64,000 nt of DNA, taken from positions 203,043 through 267,042 of the forward strand of contig JAGWBV010000003.1 in assembly GCA_021295715.1 (NCBI GenBank), read 5' to 3'. Below, one piece after another: positions 20,620 to 31,014 of this stretch. The position numbers and the translations under genes were made by a program. Position 1 is the first letter of the stretch, and each line of letters opens with the position of its first letter. A model generated the notes under the pieces. That model saw only the letters and a program-made list of their open reading frames with translations. It made no database searches and had not been told where the DNA came from. Source of the stretch: Candidatus Poribacteria bacterium. Its GTDB lineage: Bacteria > Poribacteria > WGA-4E > WGA-3G.

Positions 20620-21495
20620 TTAATCGACGGGTCTTACTGCTGGCGTGCCATGCTGCTCACACCATGAGGCAAGTGGGCTTTCACCACCGCCTGGATGATA
20701 TTCTTGCGTTTTCTTGAAGGGTTCTCCAACCAGATACCGATCGAGCGGCGACAACTTATCCAACAAATCCTGTTCCTGTGTCCGATAATCCATCGGCATT
20801 ACCCAACGGTAACCGTAACCGAACATTACAGCTTTGCGCGTCTGGTCAGTTAGGTTTGTTGCCCCTGCATGAAAAATACGATTCTCAAACAGTAGGCAAT
20901 CGCCGGGTTGTAGGCTCGGTTCGAGGGCACCCTCTGGATCCACCTTTCCTTCTGGAATGGAAATCCGTTCGAGCAGATGATTGCTACCGGGAGCGACGAG
21001 CGTTGCACCGGAATTGGGTTCGCTCAGATCGGTGAAGTAGTAGGCGCATTTTAGCAAGATGCGTGGTAACGTGTTACCGTGTGTTCTTGTCGCGATAGCG
21101 TAGTCGCGATGCCAACCCGGCATACGGGCGGTGTCCGGTGTGTCCGGTGGATCCGGGTGTTTATATATCAGGTGTGAGGTCATGAGTTGCAAATGCGCCC
21201 CGAGCAGCTGCACGACAACAGGCAGAATGGTCTCCTGCGCGATGAGGGGAATGAAGGTATCGTCAATGGAAATGCAATTTCGGAAACTGTCATATAAGTT
21301 GTTGGAGTTGTGTTGGCGGTTCTCACGCCGATCGCTCGCCATGAGTCGATCGCTCGCTTCAATGAGTTCTTCAAGAGTATCCGAATCCAGCACGTTCCGG
21401 ACGATGAGATAGCCATTGTCGTCAAAATGACGTATGTCTTCATCGGAGAGCGGATACCAGTCGAGGTCAATCGCTGCTTCGTTTGTGTGTGCCAT
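20620..21495 (-). CDS. PhyH family dioxygenase
   Basis: FDDNGYL, WHRD, APGSN, GDCLLF...FHAG motifs. Confidence 0.9.
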   Translation of the reverse strand: MAHTNEAAIDLDWYPLSDEDIRHFDDNGYLIVRNVLDSDTLEELIEASDRLMASDRRENRQHNSNNLYDSFRNCISIDDTFIPLIAQETILPVVVQLLGAHLQLMTSHLIYKHPDPPDTPDTARMPGWHRDYAIATRTHGNTLPRILLKCAYYFTDLSEPNSGATLVAPGSNHLLERISIPEGKVDPEGALEPSLQPGDCLLFENRIFHAGATNLTDQTRKAVMFGYGYRWVMPMDYRTQEQDLLDKLSPLDRYLVGEPFKKTQEYHPGGGESPLASWCEQHGTPAVRPVD

Positions 21496-21727
21496 TGTTG
21501 TCCTCCGGCGCGGTTATTACCTACAACTTCGTTCTTCGCTATGGGTCATTGATCCTATCGTGACAGGATATTCTCTGGAAGTCCCTTCCCCCTTATCAGG
21601 GTGCAGAAATACTCCTTTCTTCTGATTATATTATACCGAAGACGTATTAAACCACAAATCAAATTCGGAAGACGCTCTAAGGCGAGGTTGGGAAACCTCG
21701 CCAGCAGACAAATAGGGGAAAGAGGTG

Positions 21728-23791
21728 CTATTGAAGCAGTTCTACAAATGCTTCGACATCCGTTGTGGGGGCTTGGCAGACGTAATTCTCGCAGACGTAA
21801 GCGGTTGCGGTGTTGTCAACTTGGGACTTGTTCGCGAGAAGCGGTAATGTCTGTCCGTCAGTGGATTCACTGAAAGCAACGATCTTGTTGGGCTGATACG
21901 TGCCGTGTAATGCTGCTAACATCGCGTCCGTTTTCGCATCCCCTTTTTCACCAACAATCGCAATCTCTTTCGGTGTCGATAGCAGGAATGCTAACTCACA
22001 GAGCAGTTGACCGGATCCTGCGGGCATCCCCTCCATCTGATGGAAGTAGAGCAACAACGTCTCAACGGCTTTGTCGTGGAATCCGGAGTTGTCGAGGTGT
22101 TTGGCGAGTCGTAAGAGGCTGTGAATCGCCATAGATGCACCGGAAGGCGTGGCACCGTCGTAAGCGGATTTGGATTGGACGATAAGGGTTTCGTGCGCTT
22201 TGCCGGTGAAGAAGAACCCGTCGCCTGCGTCGTCACCGAACTGATCGATCATGATGTGTGTGAGACGCTCGGCTTCAGTAAGCCATCTCGGTTCAAAACT
22301 GGCTTCGTAGAGAGCGATTAACCCAGCGATGAAGTAGGCGTAATCCTCAAGATAGGCGTTGAGGTGGCTTTTACCAGCACGATAGGTGCGCAAAAGAAGT
22401 CCGTTCTCTTGAGATAGGGTTGTCAAGACGAATTCAGCGGATTTTTCACACGCCTCAAGGTATTCCGGTTTCCCAGTCAGTTGATAGCCCATCGCCATAC
22501 CGCGGATCATAATTCCGTTCCAACTGGTGAGGATTTTATCGTCTAATCCAGGTTTAATCCGCTTTTCCCTCTCATCAAACAGTTTCTGTTTCCCATCTGC
22601 GAGGAGAGTTTCCAGTTCTCCGACATCCATCTGCAGTTTTCGGGCAAGAATGTCAGGTGGCGTTTGGACTTGGAGAATGTTTTCTCCTTCAAAGTTGCCT
22701 TGTGGTGTAATGTCGTAATACTCACAGAAGATTTCGGCGTTTGCCTCACCGATGATGTCTTCCACATCGTTCGGTTCCCAGACGAAGAATTTGCCCTCTA
22801 CGCCTTCGCTATCAGCATCTTGGGTGGAATAGAAACCGCCGTTTTCTGCGTCGTACATCTCGCGAAGAAGGTAGTCGAGGGTTTCGGTGGCTATATCGCG
22901 ATAGAACGGTTTCTGAGTGGCTTGGTACGCCTCAAAATAGGCGACGACGAGTTGTGCGTTGTCGTAAAGCATTTTCTCGAAATGCGGGACAAGCCAGTGT
23001 GCGTCGGTGGAATATCGGTGGAAACCGCCACCGAGTTGGTCATACAGACCACCGCGCGCCATCTTCTCCAGCGTAAGCTCGACCATCTCTAAGGCGTTGG
23101 CGTTGCCACTGTGATGCCAATAGCGTAACAGGAAAGGCAATCCCATGCTGGGCGGGAATTTAGGGGCATTGCCGAATCCACCGTGTTGCGAATCGAATTG
23201 GGAGTGGTAGTGCTGAAAAGCATGGGTCATCAATTCTTCCGTGAGTTCATGGTGGTGCGGGTCAACGACGTTACTCATCTGGGTAAGGTGTGCGGTAATT
23301 TGGTCGGCTTGCTGTAGGACCTCCACATTCTGATCGCTGAACGCCTCGGCAACAGCGTGCATCACCTTTGGAAACCCGGGTCTACCGTATCTGTCAGTCG
23401 GTGGGTAATAGGTTCCGCCGTAAAAGGGTTTCAGATCAGGCGTGAGGAAGACTGTCATGGGCCAGCCGCCTTGACGCGTCATGATCTGGACGGCGTTCAT
23501 GTAGATTTCATCTAAATCAGGGCGCTCTTCTCTATCGACCTTGACATTGATGAAAAGTTCGTTCATGACCGCGGCGATCTCCTCATTTTCAAAGGACTCA
23601 CGTTCCATGACGTGGCACCAATGGCAAGCGGAGTAGCCGATACTCAGAAGAATAGGCTTTTGCTCATCCTTGGCGCGCGTCAACGCTTCTTCGCCCCACG
23701 GATACCAGTCAACGGGATTATGCGCGTGCTGGAGCAGATAAGGGCTTGTTTCATGGATAAGGCGGTTGGTATGCTGAGATGTATCGTGCAT
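21728..23791 (-). CDS. Thioredoxin domain-containing protein, YyaL/SSP411 family
   Basis: [42 protein letters not shown] motifs. Confidence 0.95.
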   Translation of the reverse strand: MHDTSQHTNRLIHETSPYLLQHAHNPVDWYPWGEEALTRAKDEQKPILLSIGYSACHWCHVMERESFENEEIAAVMNELFINVKVDREERPDLDEIYMNAVQIMTRQGGWPMTVFLTPDLKPFYGGTYYPPTDRYGRPGFPKVMHAVAEAFSDQNVEVLQQADQITAHLTQMSNVVDPHHHELTEELMTHAFQHYHSQFDSQHGGFGNAPKFPPSMGLPFLLRYWHHSGNANALEMVELTLEKMARGGLYDQLGGGFHRYSTDAHWLVPHFEKMLYDNAQLVVAYFEAYQATQKPFYRDIATETLDYLLREMYDAENGGFYSTQDADSEGVEGKFFVWEPNDVEDIIGEANAEIFCEYYDITPQGNFEGENILQVQTPPDILARKLQMDVGELETLLADGKQKLFDEREKRIKPGLDDKILTSWNGIMIRGMAMGYQLTGKPEYLEACEKSAEFVLTTLSQENGLLLRTYRAGKSHLNAYLEDYAYFIAGLIALYEASFEPRWLTEAERLTHIMIDQFGDDAGDGFFFTGKAHETLIVQSKSAYDGATPSGASMAIHSLLRLAKHLDNSGFHDKAVETLLLYFHQMEGMPAGSGQLLCELAFLLSTPKEIAIVGEKGDAKTDAMLAALHGTYQPNKIVAFSESTDGQTLPLLANKSQVDNTATAYVCENYVCQAPTTDVEAFVELLQ

Positions 23792-23851
23792 GTGGGCATT
23801 TCTCCAATGTGTGGGACGCTAACTCAGAGGATATCTGCGCGCTTAAGATAA

Positions 23852-23880
23852 TGGGCGGGTGCTAAGAAACCCCGCCCGTC
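23852..23880 (-). terminator. Hairpin after the tRNA pair
   Basis: GGGCGGG...CCCGCCC inverted repeat. Confidence 0.5.
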
Positions 23881-23893
23881 CAAGTGAAGAGGA

Positions 23894-23965
23894 TACCGCT
23901 ACGGGGATTCGAACCCCGGTTTGGTGGCTGAGAACCACCCGTCCTAACCCCTAGACGATAGCGGC
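23894..23965 (-). tRNA. tRNA-Glu(CTC)
   Basis: GCCGCTA..TAGCGGT acceptor stem, GGTGG-TTCTCAG-CCACC anticodon arm, GGTTCGAATCC T-arm; CCA not encoded. Confidence 0.95.
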
Positions 23966-23986
23966 ACATTGATAGAATGAAAGGGA

Positions 23987-24057
23987 CTGCCCGGGAAGGA
24001 CTCGAACCTTCACTACGTGGTCCAGAGCCACGCGTCCTACCATTAGACGACCGGGCA
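23987..24057 (-). tRNA. tRNA-Gln(CTG)
   Basis: TGCCCGG..CCGGGCA acceptor stem (U1-A72), CGTGG-CTCTGGA-CCACG anticodon arm, GGTTCGAGTCC T-arm; CCA not encoded. Confidence 0.95.
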
Positions 24058-24090
24058 TTGATCCACATTTGCAGACCTGTTGCGTTTTTA

Positions 24091-24119
24091 AGTATATCTT
24101 AATTAACAGCGTTTGTCAA
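24091..24119 (-). promoter_or_regulatory. sigma70 promoter of the tRNA pair
   Basis: TTGACA-N17-TATACT on the minus strand. Confidence 0.8.
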
Positions 24120-24134
24120 TTCTTTTTCAAGAAT

Positions 24135-25625
24135 TTACTGCATTGGTATGACCGAGACTGAGATATTGGAAAGGGTATAGAAAATATTGAGGAATCCAAT
24201 GAGAATCGTTGGGATGACAAAGACGCTCAAGAGCACGAACGTGCCGGTAGAAAAGGAGACCTGCGCTGTTTCCTCCGCAGCATCTTCGAGAAACATCGCT
24301 TTCACAATACGGGCATAATAGTAGAGCGAGACGACGCTATTGAGTAGACCGACAAATGCGAGCCAGTAATATCCTTGCTCAAGGACAGCGGCAAAGAGTA
24401 GCCATTTTCCGAAGAAACCCGCGAACGGCGGAATCCCTGTCAGCGAAAAGAGGAAAATCGCCATTGCCCAAGCGACCAATGGTGCACGCGAGGCGAGACC
24501 CCGGTAGCCCTCAATCATTTCACTCCCCTCCTCATTCGCAATCAGGACAACGACATAAAACGCGCCTAAGTTCATAAAGAGATAAACAACGAGGTAGAAG
24601 AGGATAGCGCCGACGCCTTCAGAGGTAAGCAGAACACCGCCCATCAAAAGGTAACCCCCGTGTGCGATGCTGGAATAAGCCAATAAACGTTTCACATTCT
24701 GCTGTGGCAAAGCGGCGAGATTTCCGACAGTCATCGTCAATGCGGAGACTATTGCTAACATAAAGGTCCAATCAACAGCTTGCATCAATTCAGAGTTGCC
24801 GAACCCGGAGTAGAAAAACCTGATGAACAAGGCAAAACCTGCGGATTTTGAGGCAACCGACAGAAAAGCAGTGATTGGAATAGGTGCGCCTTCGTAGACA
24901 TCAGGGGACCACATGTGAAACGGGACTGAGGCTATCTTATAGCCTACACCCGCAAGAATGAAGGTTATCGCAATCAGCACGGCAAGAGGGGCAACATCCC
25001 CAGATGCGAGGAGCTCGGTGAGTCGCACGCTAATTTGACCGAGATCGCCGGAGCCAGTCATCCCGAAGAGTAGGGACAATCCAAAAAGCATGGTTCCCGA
25101 CGCGACTGCCCCATACGTGATATATTTGAATGCGGCTTCACTCGAACGGGGGTTATGCGTCAAGAATCCAGCGAGAATATAGGAGGTAAGACTCACCGTT
25201 TCCAACGAGATGAATATCATCAACAGATTCGTTGACGAAGCCATCAGGAACATTCCGAGGGTAATGGCTAACAAGAGCGCGTAGTATTCGCCTTTCAATC
25301 GTGCGTCGAGTTCCTCGGAGCGGAGAGAAAAGAGAATCGTTGCAGCCGTTGCGAGCAGCAACAAAACTTTGAAAAAGCTGGAAAACACGTCAAGTCGGAC
25401 CATTCCCAAAAAGAGAGAAATAGGACCTTCATCGCCGAAAGAGAAGTGTGTGATAAGGACAGCGGCAAAAACGCAAATACAGCCTGCGAGGGAGAGATGT
25501 GCGACGGCGGAACTTTCTCTATCCTTCACGACGAGGTCAAGGAGCACAACAGCGGCGGCAAAAATCACAAGGAGGATTTCTGGACTGAAGTAGAGGAGGC
25601 TTTCGATGTTGCTTAAGGGTTGCAT
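24135..25625 (-). CDS. nuoN: NADH-quinone oxidoreductase subunit N
   Basis: EAAFKY, FHMWSPDVYEGAP, KRLLAYSSIAH motifs. Confidence 0.95.
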   Translation of the reverse strand: MQPLSNIESLLYFSPEILLVIFAAAVVLLDLVVKDRESSAVAHLSLAGCICVFAAVLITHFSFGDEGPISLFLGMVRLDVFSSFFKVLLLLATAATILFSLRSEELDARLKGEYYALLLAITLGMFLMASSTNLLMIFISLETVSLTSYILAGFLTHNPRSSEAAFKYITYGAVASGTMLFGLSLLFGMTGSGDLGQISVRLTELLASGDVAPLAVLIAITFILAGVGYKIASVPFHMWSPDVYEGAPIPITAFLSVASKSAGFALFIRFFYSGFGNSELMQAVDWTFMLAIVSALTMTVGNLAALPQQNVKRLLAYSSIAHGGYLLMGGVLLTSEGVGAILFYLVVYLFMNLGAFYVVVLIANEEGSEMIEGYRGLASRAPLVAWAMAIFLFSLTGIPPFAGFFGKWLLFAAVLEQGYYWLAFVGLLNSVVSLYYYARIVKAMFLEDAAEETAQVSFSTGTFVLLSVFVIPTILIGFLNIFYTLSNISVSVIPMQ

Positions 25626-25748
25626 ATTTTAATTATACCTTGCGGTTCGGTCAGGTGCGTGGGTTCAATAATGTTTATCGGCGTATAACCGCCTGCGTGT
25701 TTTTGCTTGGGGTCTTTGCTTGGGCGTTTCTGCGTATTGTTGCAGGCT
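25626..25748 (-). repeat. REP-N39-tail element directly before the nuoN start
   Basis: CCGCAAGGTATAATTAAAAT-ATG; core 25646-25684 (39 nt). Confidence 0.85.
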
Positions 25749-25845
25749 TTCTCATTTACCTGATTGACAGAATCCGTTTTTAATTTACCTGCAGGACACC
25801 GATGAGGTTGGTAACCGACTCGGAATGATAATGTGTCTACTGCCG

Positions 25846-27354
25846 TTACTGATGCAGGACACCGATGAGGTTGGTAACCGACTCTCTGAACATATCAATA
25901 GCGAAGTTGGGCCAGACACCAAGCACGATGGTTAAGATTCCAAGCGGCACCAGTGTCAAGATTTCACGTCCATTGATTTCGGACAGTTTTTCATATTTAG
26001 GGTTGAGTGTCCCCAAGAAAACCCGTTGAAGCGTCCAGAGGAAATATGCCGCACCGACAACAATACCAATTGTGGACAAGATAGTCAACAGTTTGAATCT
26101 ATCGTAGGCACCGAGTAAGGAGAGTGCCTCTCCGACGAATCCGCTCAAGCCGGGCAGTCCCAAAGAAGCCATGAACGCAAGCGTCGTAATGCCAGTATAG
26201 ACGGGCATTTTACTTCCCAGGCCGCCGAATCCATTGATTTCACGGTGGTGCGCTCTGTCGTAAAGAACACCAACGAGTAGGAAGAGCATCGCACTGATGA
26301 CACCGTGGTTAAACATCTGAAGAATCGCACCGGTGATGCCACTATCATTTCGAGCGGCAAGCCCCAAGATAACGAAGCCCATGTGCCCGATACTGGAATA
26401 CGCCACCAACTTCTTAAAGTCGGTTTGTGCCAACGCACAGAAGGAACCGTAGACGATATTAATAAATCCAAGAAGTGCAAGACTATTGCCCCAGAAACCT
26501 ATCCCGTTCGTAAAATGGTCCAAGCCTTGTGGGAACATCGCCATGTTAACCCGAACCAGTCCATAAGTTCCCATCTTTAGGAGAATCCCCGCAAGGATAA
26601 CGCTAATGGCTGTCGGTGCTTCGACGTGTGCATCGGGAAGCCATGTATGGAACGGGAAGATCGGGACCTTAACGGCAAACCCGATAAAGAAACCCACGAA
26701 AACCCAGATCTGGAAGTCGGGGTTGTTAAGGGCGTGTCCTGCTGTAGATGCTAACGTAATGAGGGTCGGAATATCAAAGGTCCGCGCACCCGGTGCTCCA
26801 CTGTTGAGATAGACCGCTATCATCGCAACCAACATTAACACACTACCGAAGAGCGTATAAAGGAAGAACTTAATCGCAGCGTATTCGCGGCGCGGTCCGC
26901 CCCAGATACCGATAAGGAAGTACATCGGCAGGAGTGTCAGTTCAAAGAAAACGTAGAAAAGGAACAGATCCAAGGCAGCGAAGAAACCCAGCATCCCGGT
27001 TTCGAGCAGTAGGAACAACGCCATGTAAGCCTTGATACCTTTCTCGATGTTGCGCCAAGAGGCAATAACGCAGATAGGACCTAAGAGTGCAGTGAGGAGC
27101 AGAAGCGTCACACTGAGTCCGTCAATGCCGATGTGGTATTGGATATTAAATGCTTGGATCCAAGGAACGTTGACGACGTACTGCGTTCCTGCAGTCGAGC
27201 GGTCGTAGGATATGAATAAAGCGACAGCGAGTGCGAGAGGAATGAGTGTAAAAAGGAGCGTAACGCGTTTAACCAGTTCCTCTGACTCGCGCGGCAGAAG
27301 TAAAACAGCGATCATCCCGAGCAACGGGATAAAAATCATTAGCGACAGTAACAT
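25846..27354 (-). CDS. nuoM: NADH-quinone oxidoreductase subunit M
   Basis: GIDGLS, FYVFFEL, PFHTWLPDAHVEAPT, KKLVAYSS motifs. Confidence 0.95.
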   Translation of the reverse strand: MLLSLMIFIPLLGMIAVLLLPRESEELVKRVTLLFTLIPLALAVALFISYDRSTAGTQYVVNVPWIQAFNIQYHIGIDGLSVTLLLLTALLGPICVIASWRNIEKGIKAYMALFLLLETGMLGFFAALDLFLFYVFFELTLLPMYFLIGIWGGPRREYAAIKFFLYTLFGSVLMLVAMIAVYLNSGAPGARTFDIPTLITLASTAGHALNNPDFQIWVFVGFFIGFAVKVPIFPFHTWLPDAHVEAPTAISVILAGILLKMGTYGLVRVNMAMFPQGLDHFTNGIGFWGNSLALLGFINIVYGSFCALAQTDFKKLVAYSSIGHMGFVILGLAARNDSGITGAILQMFNHGVISAMLFLLVGVLYDRAHHREINGFGGLGSKMPVYTGITTLAFMASLGLPGLSGFVGEALSLLGAYDRFKLLTILSTIGIVVGAAYFLWTLQRVFLGTLNPKYEKLSEINGREILTLVPLGILTIVLGVWPNFAIDMFRESVTNLIGVLHQ

Positions 27355-27443
27355 TTTTTAATTATTCCTTGCGGTTCGGTCAGGCGGGTTTAAGGTTTAG
27401 AATGCCTTTCCGTATACCCGTCCTCCATTTCATTACGGACTAT
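27355..27443 (-). repeat. REP-N39-tail element directly before the nuoM start; more REP hairpins follow to about 27580
   Basis: CCGCAAGGAATAATTAAAA-ATG; core 27375-27413 (39 nt); GTCC..GGAC stem. Confidence 0.8.
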
Positions 27444-27641
27444 GCGTTTTGTAAAATTAACTTAAGACAGCAGCCTGCAACAACGGAGCAGGCGGAGCCC
27501 CCAAAATCGTTATGAAACTAACCCCTTCATTTAACGCCTTGCGAACAATTAGAAAACCTCCACTTCGTTACGGGCTACGGGTTTGTGCGACACCAAGTCC
27601 CTGCGCGTAATGGAATGGAGTGCGGGGTGAAAACCCAACAG

Positions 27642-29814
27642 TTAGAGAACCCGAAAAATCAAGATTAACAACACAATTCCCGCGAGCACAACGAAGAGAT
27701 AGGTCTGAATCGCGCCGGTCTGGATCTGACGAACTCTTCCACCAACTGCCCATGTAACTTCAGCGACTCGATTGACGATGCCATCAACGACACGATTATC
27801 AAAAGCACCGATGAACACAGCGAGGAAATCGCGCGTTACTTTTCCAACACCGTTGACGATACCGTCAACAATAGTTCCATCAAATTGAGCAAAGAGTCGT
27901 GCTTTCCACACCGTTAGCGCGACCAATACATCGTCGTAAAATTCGTCAAAGTAGTATTTATGCCAGAAAAGATTATAAAGCGGTCGAAATGTCGTTGCGA
28001 CAGATTCGGCAGACAAAGTTCTCCTGTGGTAGAACAACCATGAGAGCAGTATACCTAATCCAGCGGCGCAGATAGATAGAATCATCGCGATGGCATGTGC
28101 GGGACCGTGTCCATGATGTCCATCATCCGCGTGCGCGCCGTGTGTATCGTGTCCGCTTTCTTCGGCTGCGACTGCTTCAGAAACGCCGAAAAGCGATAGT
28201 GTAATCCCCGCCTTGTTAGTTCTGCTGTCCGGTGAGACATGCGCGTGCTGCGGTGCGTGAAGATGCGGTTGTTCTGGCGGTTTAATATAGTTATCGTTAA
28301 ACCAAAGTATATTCACGACAGGCAGACTTAAAGCAGCCAAAATGAGGAGCGGCACGGTCATCGACTTCGGGGATTCATGCGCCATGTCGTGCATCTCCTG
28401 ATTGCGCGGTTCGCCGAAGAAGGTCATGAAAATCAGTCGGAACATATAGAACGCCGTAATTCCAGCGGCAAAGAGTGCTATACCGAATAGGAGATAGTGA
28501 TGGACGGAGTTCCATTCCATCGCCCGCCCGAGCACGCCGCCTAAGATCGCGTCCTTGCTCCAGAACCCGGAGAAGACAAAAGGCACTCCAGAAATAGACA
28601 ACGTTGCGATGAGCATCGTGACAAAAGTAATTGGCATTTTGTGGCGCAATCCGCCCATGTTCCGCATGTCCTGATCGGGCGGAATCTCGGAACCGTGATC
28701 ATGGACTAAATCGTGGTCGCCGTGGGCATGCCCATGTTCATCGTGGTCGCCGTGGGCATGATGCATAGCGTGGAAAGCGTGGATAACGCTTCCTGAACCG
28801 AGAAACAGCAGTGCCTTGAAAAAGGCGTGTGTCGTGAGGTGGAAAAGTCCCGCGACATAACTGCCAGCCCCAATCCCAAGCATCATATAGCCAAGTTGGC
28901 TAATTGTGGAGTATGCCAGAACCCGTTTAATGTCGAAGCGAACAATAGCGATAGTCGCAGCGATGAGTGCGGTAATACCACCGATATAGGCAATTACCAG
29001 AGACGAGGTCTCTGTTAGAATCGGGAACATCCGAGCCGTGAGATATACCCCGGCGGCAACCATTGTGGCGGCATGAATCAATGCACTAACGGGTGTAGGA
29101 CCCTCCATCGCATCAGGGAGCCATGTATGCAACGGCACCTGTGCCGATTTACCAATAGCACCACAAAAGATGAGGACACCTGTTCAATAGAGAAGCAGCC
29201 TGGGCAAAAATACCGTCTCCTCCGTAGAGTGAGAGCGTTTCAAATTTGGTGAAGAGCATCATCATGCCGATGAACATACCGACATCACCGACACGGGTCG
29301 TCAAAAATGCTTTTTTACAGGCATTCGCGGCGGAGTCCTTTTCAAACCAGAAACCGATGAGCAGATAAGAACAGAGTCCAACGAGTTCCCAACCGATATA
29401 AATACCGAGCAGGTTATCCGACACGACCAAGAAAAGCATGGAAAAGGAAAAGAGCGAAAGGTAGGCAAAAAACCGTGGGTATCTCGGATCCCCGTGCATG
29501 TAGCCCATCGAGAAAATATGAACGAGGCTACTGACGAGCGTGACAACAATCAGCATGATCACTGTAACGCTGTCCAAATAGAAACCCATAGAGAAGGTAA
29601 CACCACCGAGCGAAATCCACTGAACTGTATAAGGGACTGGGTCGGGAACGACTTCTCGCAAAAGCAGGAGCGAAGAAATAAGTGCAACGAGCATTGCTGC
29701 AGTGGATAGATAATCCTGTCGCGGGAAACTCCGATTTCCCAAGCCCAAAAGCCCAAAGATCGCAAATGCGGCAAGTGGGCAAAGCAAGATGAGACTTATT
29801 AAAAATACAATCAT
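27642..29814 (-). pseudogene. nuoL: NADH-quinone oxidoreductase subunit L, split by a frameshift near 29183 (real lesion or assembly error)
   Basis: 5' part (LLIGFWF, KAFLTTRVGD) continues in another frame as GVLIFCGAIGKSAQVPLHTWLPDAMEGPTPVSA. Confidence 0.85.
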
Positions 29815-29843
29815 ACTTTGTTAATTTAAGCCTTTCCTTCTAT

Positions 29844-29934
29844 TAGTTTTCGGTTATCAGTTCTCGGCTATCGGTCAAGACAGGTTTTGTGCCTCCGAAA
29901 CCTCTTGTAACTGATAACTGAATACTGATAACTC
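29844..29934. repeat. Heptamer-arm hairpin repeat element
   Basis: (TCGGTTA/TCAGTTC)n arm, CAAGACAGGTTT..AAACCTCTTG core, (CTGATAA)n arm. Confidence 0.65.
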
Positions 29935-29936
29935 TC

Positions 29937-30245
29937 TTAACCTTTTAAGGTATCAACTTCGTTGGGACGTATGCTACCGAATTCACGGTAGATCGCGAGG
30001 ATAATCGCCAAAAAGACAGCGGCTTCCGCTGCGGCGAGTACAATCCCAAAAATCGCGATAATTTGTCCGTTGATGTCCTCCGGCGGTGTCATAAAACGCG
30101 AGAATGCGGCAAAGTTAAGATTACACGAATTAAGAATAAGTTCAATTCCCATCAAAATACTAATGGCATTGCGTCGGGTCAGGACAGCGAAGATACCGAG
30201 CGTGAACAGAATCGCACTGATAACGAGATAGTGTTGTAGGGTCAT
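29937..30245 (-). CDS. nuoK: NADH-quinone oxidoreductase subunit K
   Basis: RRNAI..LMGIELILN, AAAEAAV motifs. Confidence 0.95.
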   Translation of the reverse strand: MTLQHYLVISAILFTLGIFAVLTRRNAISILMGIELILNSCNLNFAAFSRFMTPPEDINGQIIAIFGIVLAAAEAAVFLAIILAIYREFGSIRPNEVDTLKG

Positions 30246-30251
30246 TTTTTT

Positions 30252-30344
30252 AGTGGCTATCGGCTATCGGCTATCGGCTATCAGTAAAGAGGATTTCGTT
30301 TAACAAAAGACTCTTGTGACTGATGGCTGATGGCTGATGGCTAT
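30252..30344. repeat. Heptamer-arm hairpin repeat element
   Basis: (GGCTATC)x4, AAGAG..CTCTT, (CTGATGG)x3. Confidence 0.75.
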
Positions 30345-30345
30345 C

Positions 30346-30864
30346 TTAGTCCCTAACCTCCTTTCGGGAAATCAGGGCGGCTCCGATTAATGCAACTAAC
30401 AACAGCACAGAGACGACTTCAAAGGGGAGAAGAAATTGCCCATTCAGGATCAATTCGCCAATGCGTTCTGTTGTCGGTGGAAGCTCGGTGCCATCGTCGG
30501 TGAGATTCTTCCATGCGGGTGTATTCGCAATAACGGTTAAGAGCAACATAAGCAGTGCCAGCGCAACCACACCTCCGAGCAGAAGTTGCCCGCGTTCAAT
30601 ATGAACGCGCATCTCCAAGTGTCCGCTGGTCATCATGACACCGAATAAAATGAGGACGAGTATACCGCCGACATAGACAATTACCTGCGTTGCGGCGAGA
30701 AAATCAGCCTGTAAAAAGACATAAAGCCCAGCAACCCCAAAGAGCGTCACCATGAGCGAAAACGCCGCGTGGACGATGTTTCGGACATTGACAACAACGA
30801 GCGCGGACGCAATTGTCATCAGGGCAAATCCGTAAAAAACAAAGGTTTTGAGCGTAAATTCCAT
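30346..30864 (-). CDS. nuoJ: NADH-quinone oxidoreductase subunit J
   Basis: QVIVYVGGILVL, LPFEVVSVLLLVALIGA motifs. Confidence 0.95.
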   Translation of the reverse strand: MEFTLKTFVFYGFALMTIASALVVVNVRNIVHAAFSLMVTLFGVAGLYVFLQADFLAATQVIVYVGGILVLILFGVMMTSGHLEMRVHIERGQLLLGGVVALALLMLLLTVIANTPAWKNLTDDGTELPPTTERIGELILNGQFLLPFEVVSVLLLVALIGAALISRKEVRD

Positions 30865-30952
30865 ATTTTAATTTTACCTTGCGGAGAAACAATGTGCGTT
30901 TCGGCTTTTAGGTGCGTCGCTTATATCCGCCTGCGCCGTTGTTGCAGGCTAC
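30865..30952 (-). repeat. REP-N38-tail element directly before the nuoJ start
   Basis: GTAGCCTGCAACAACGGCGCAGGC-GGATAT, core 30885-30922, CCGCAAGGTAAAATTAAAAT-ATG. Confidence 0.9.
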
Positions 30953-31014
30953 TGCTTCCGGTCTAACGAAAGCCTCTTTACTGACTGCTAATTGCTAATC
31001 GCCAATTTTACCGT

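Noticed and set aside
21500..21610. Possible riboswitch in the PhyH leader (two small hairpins on the minus strand)
   Set aside because: Superficially fluoride/SAM-like, but the required pseudoknot and consensus nucleotides are absent
23862..24068. 68-aa ORF from the track
   Set aside because: Overlaps two clear tRNA genes
29149..29200. Programmed ribosomal frameshift in nuoL
   Set aside because: No slippery heptamer, and residues appear to be missing, which a frameshift alone would not restore
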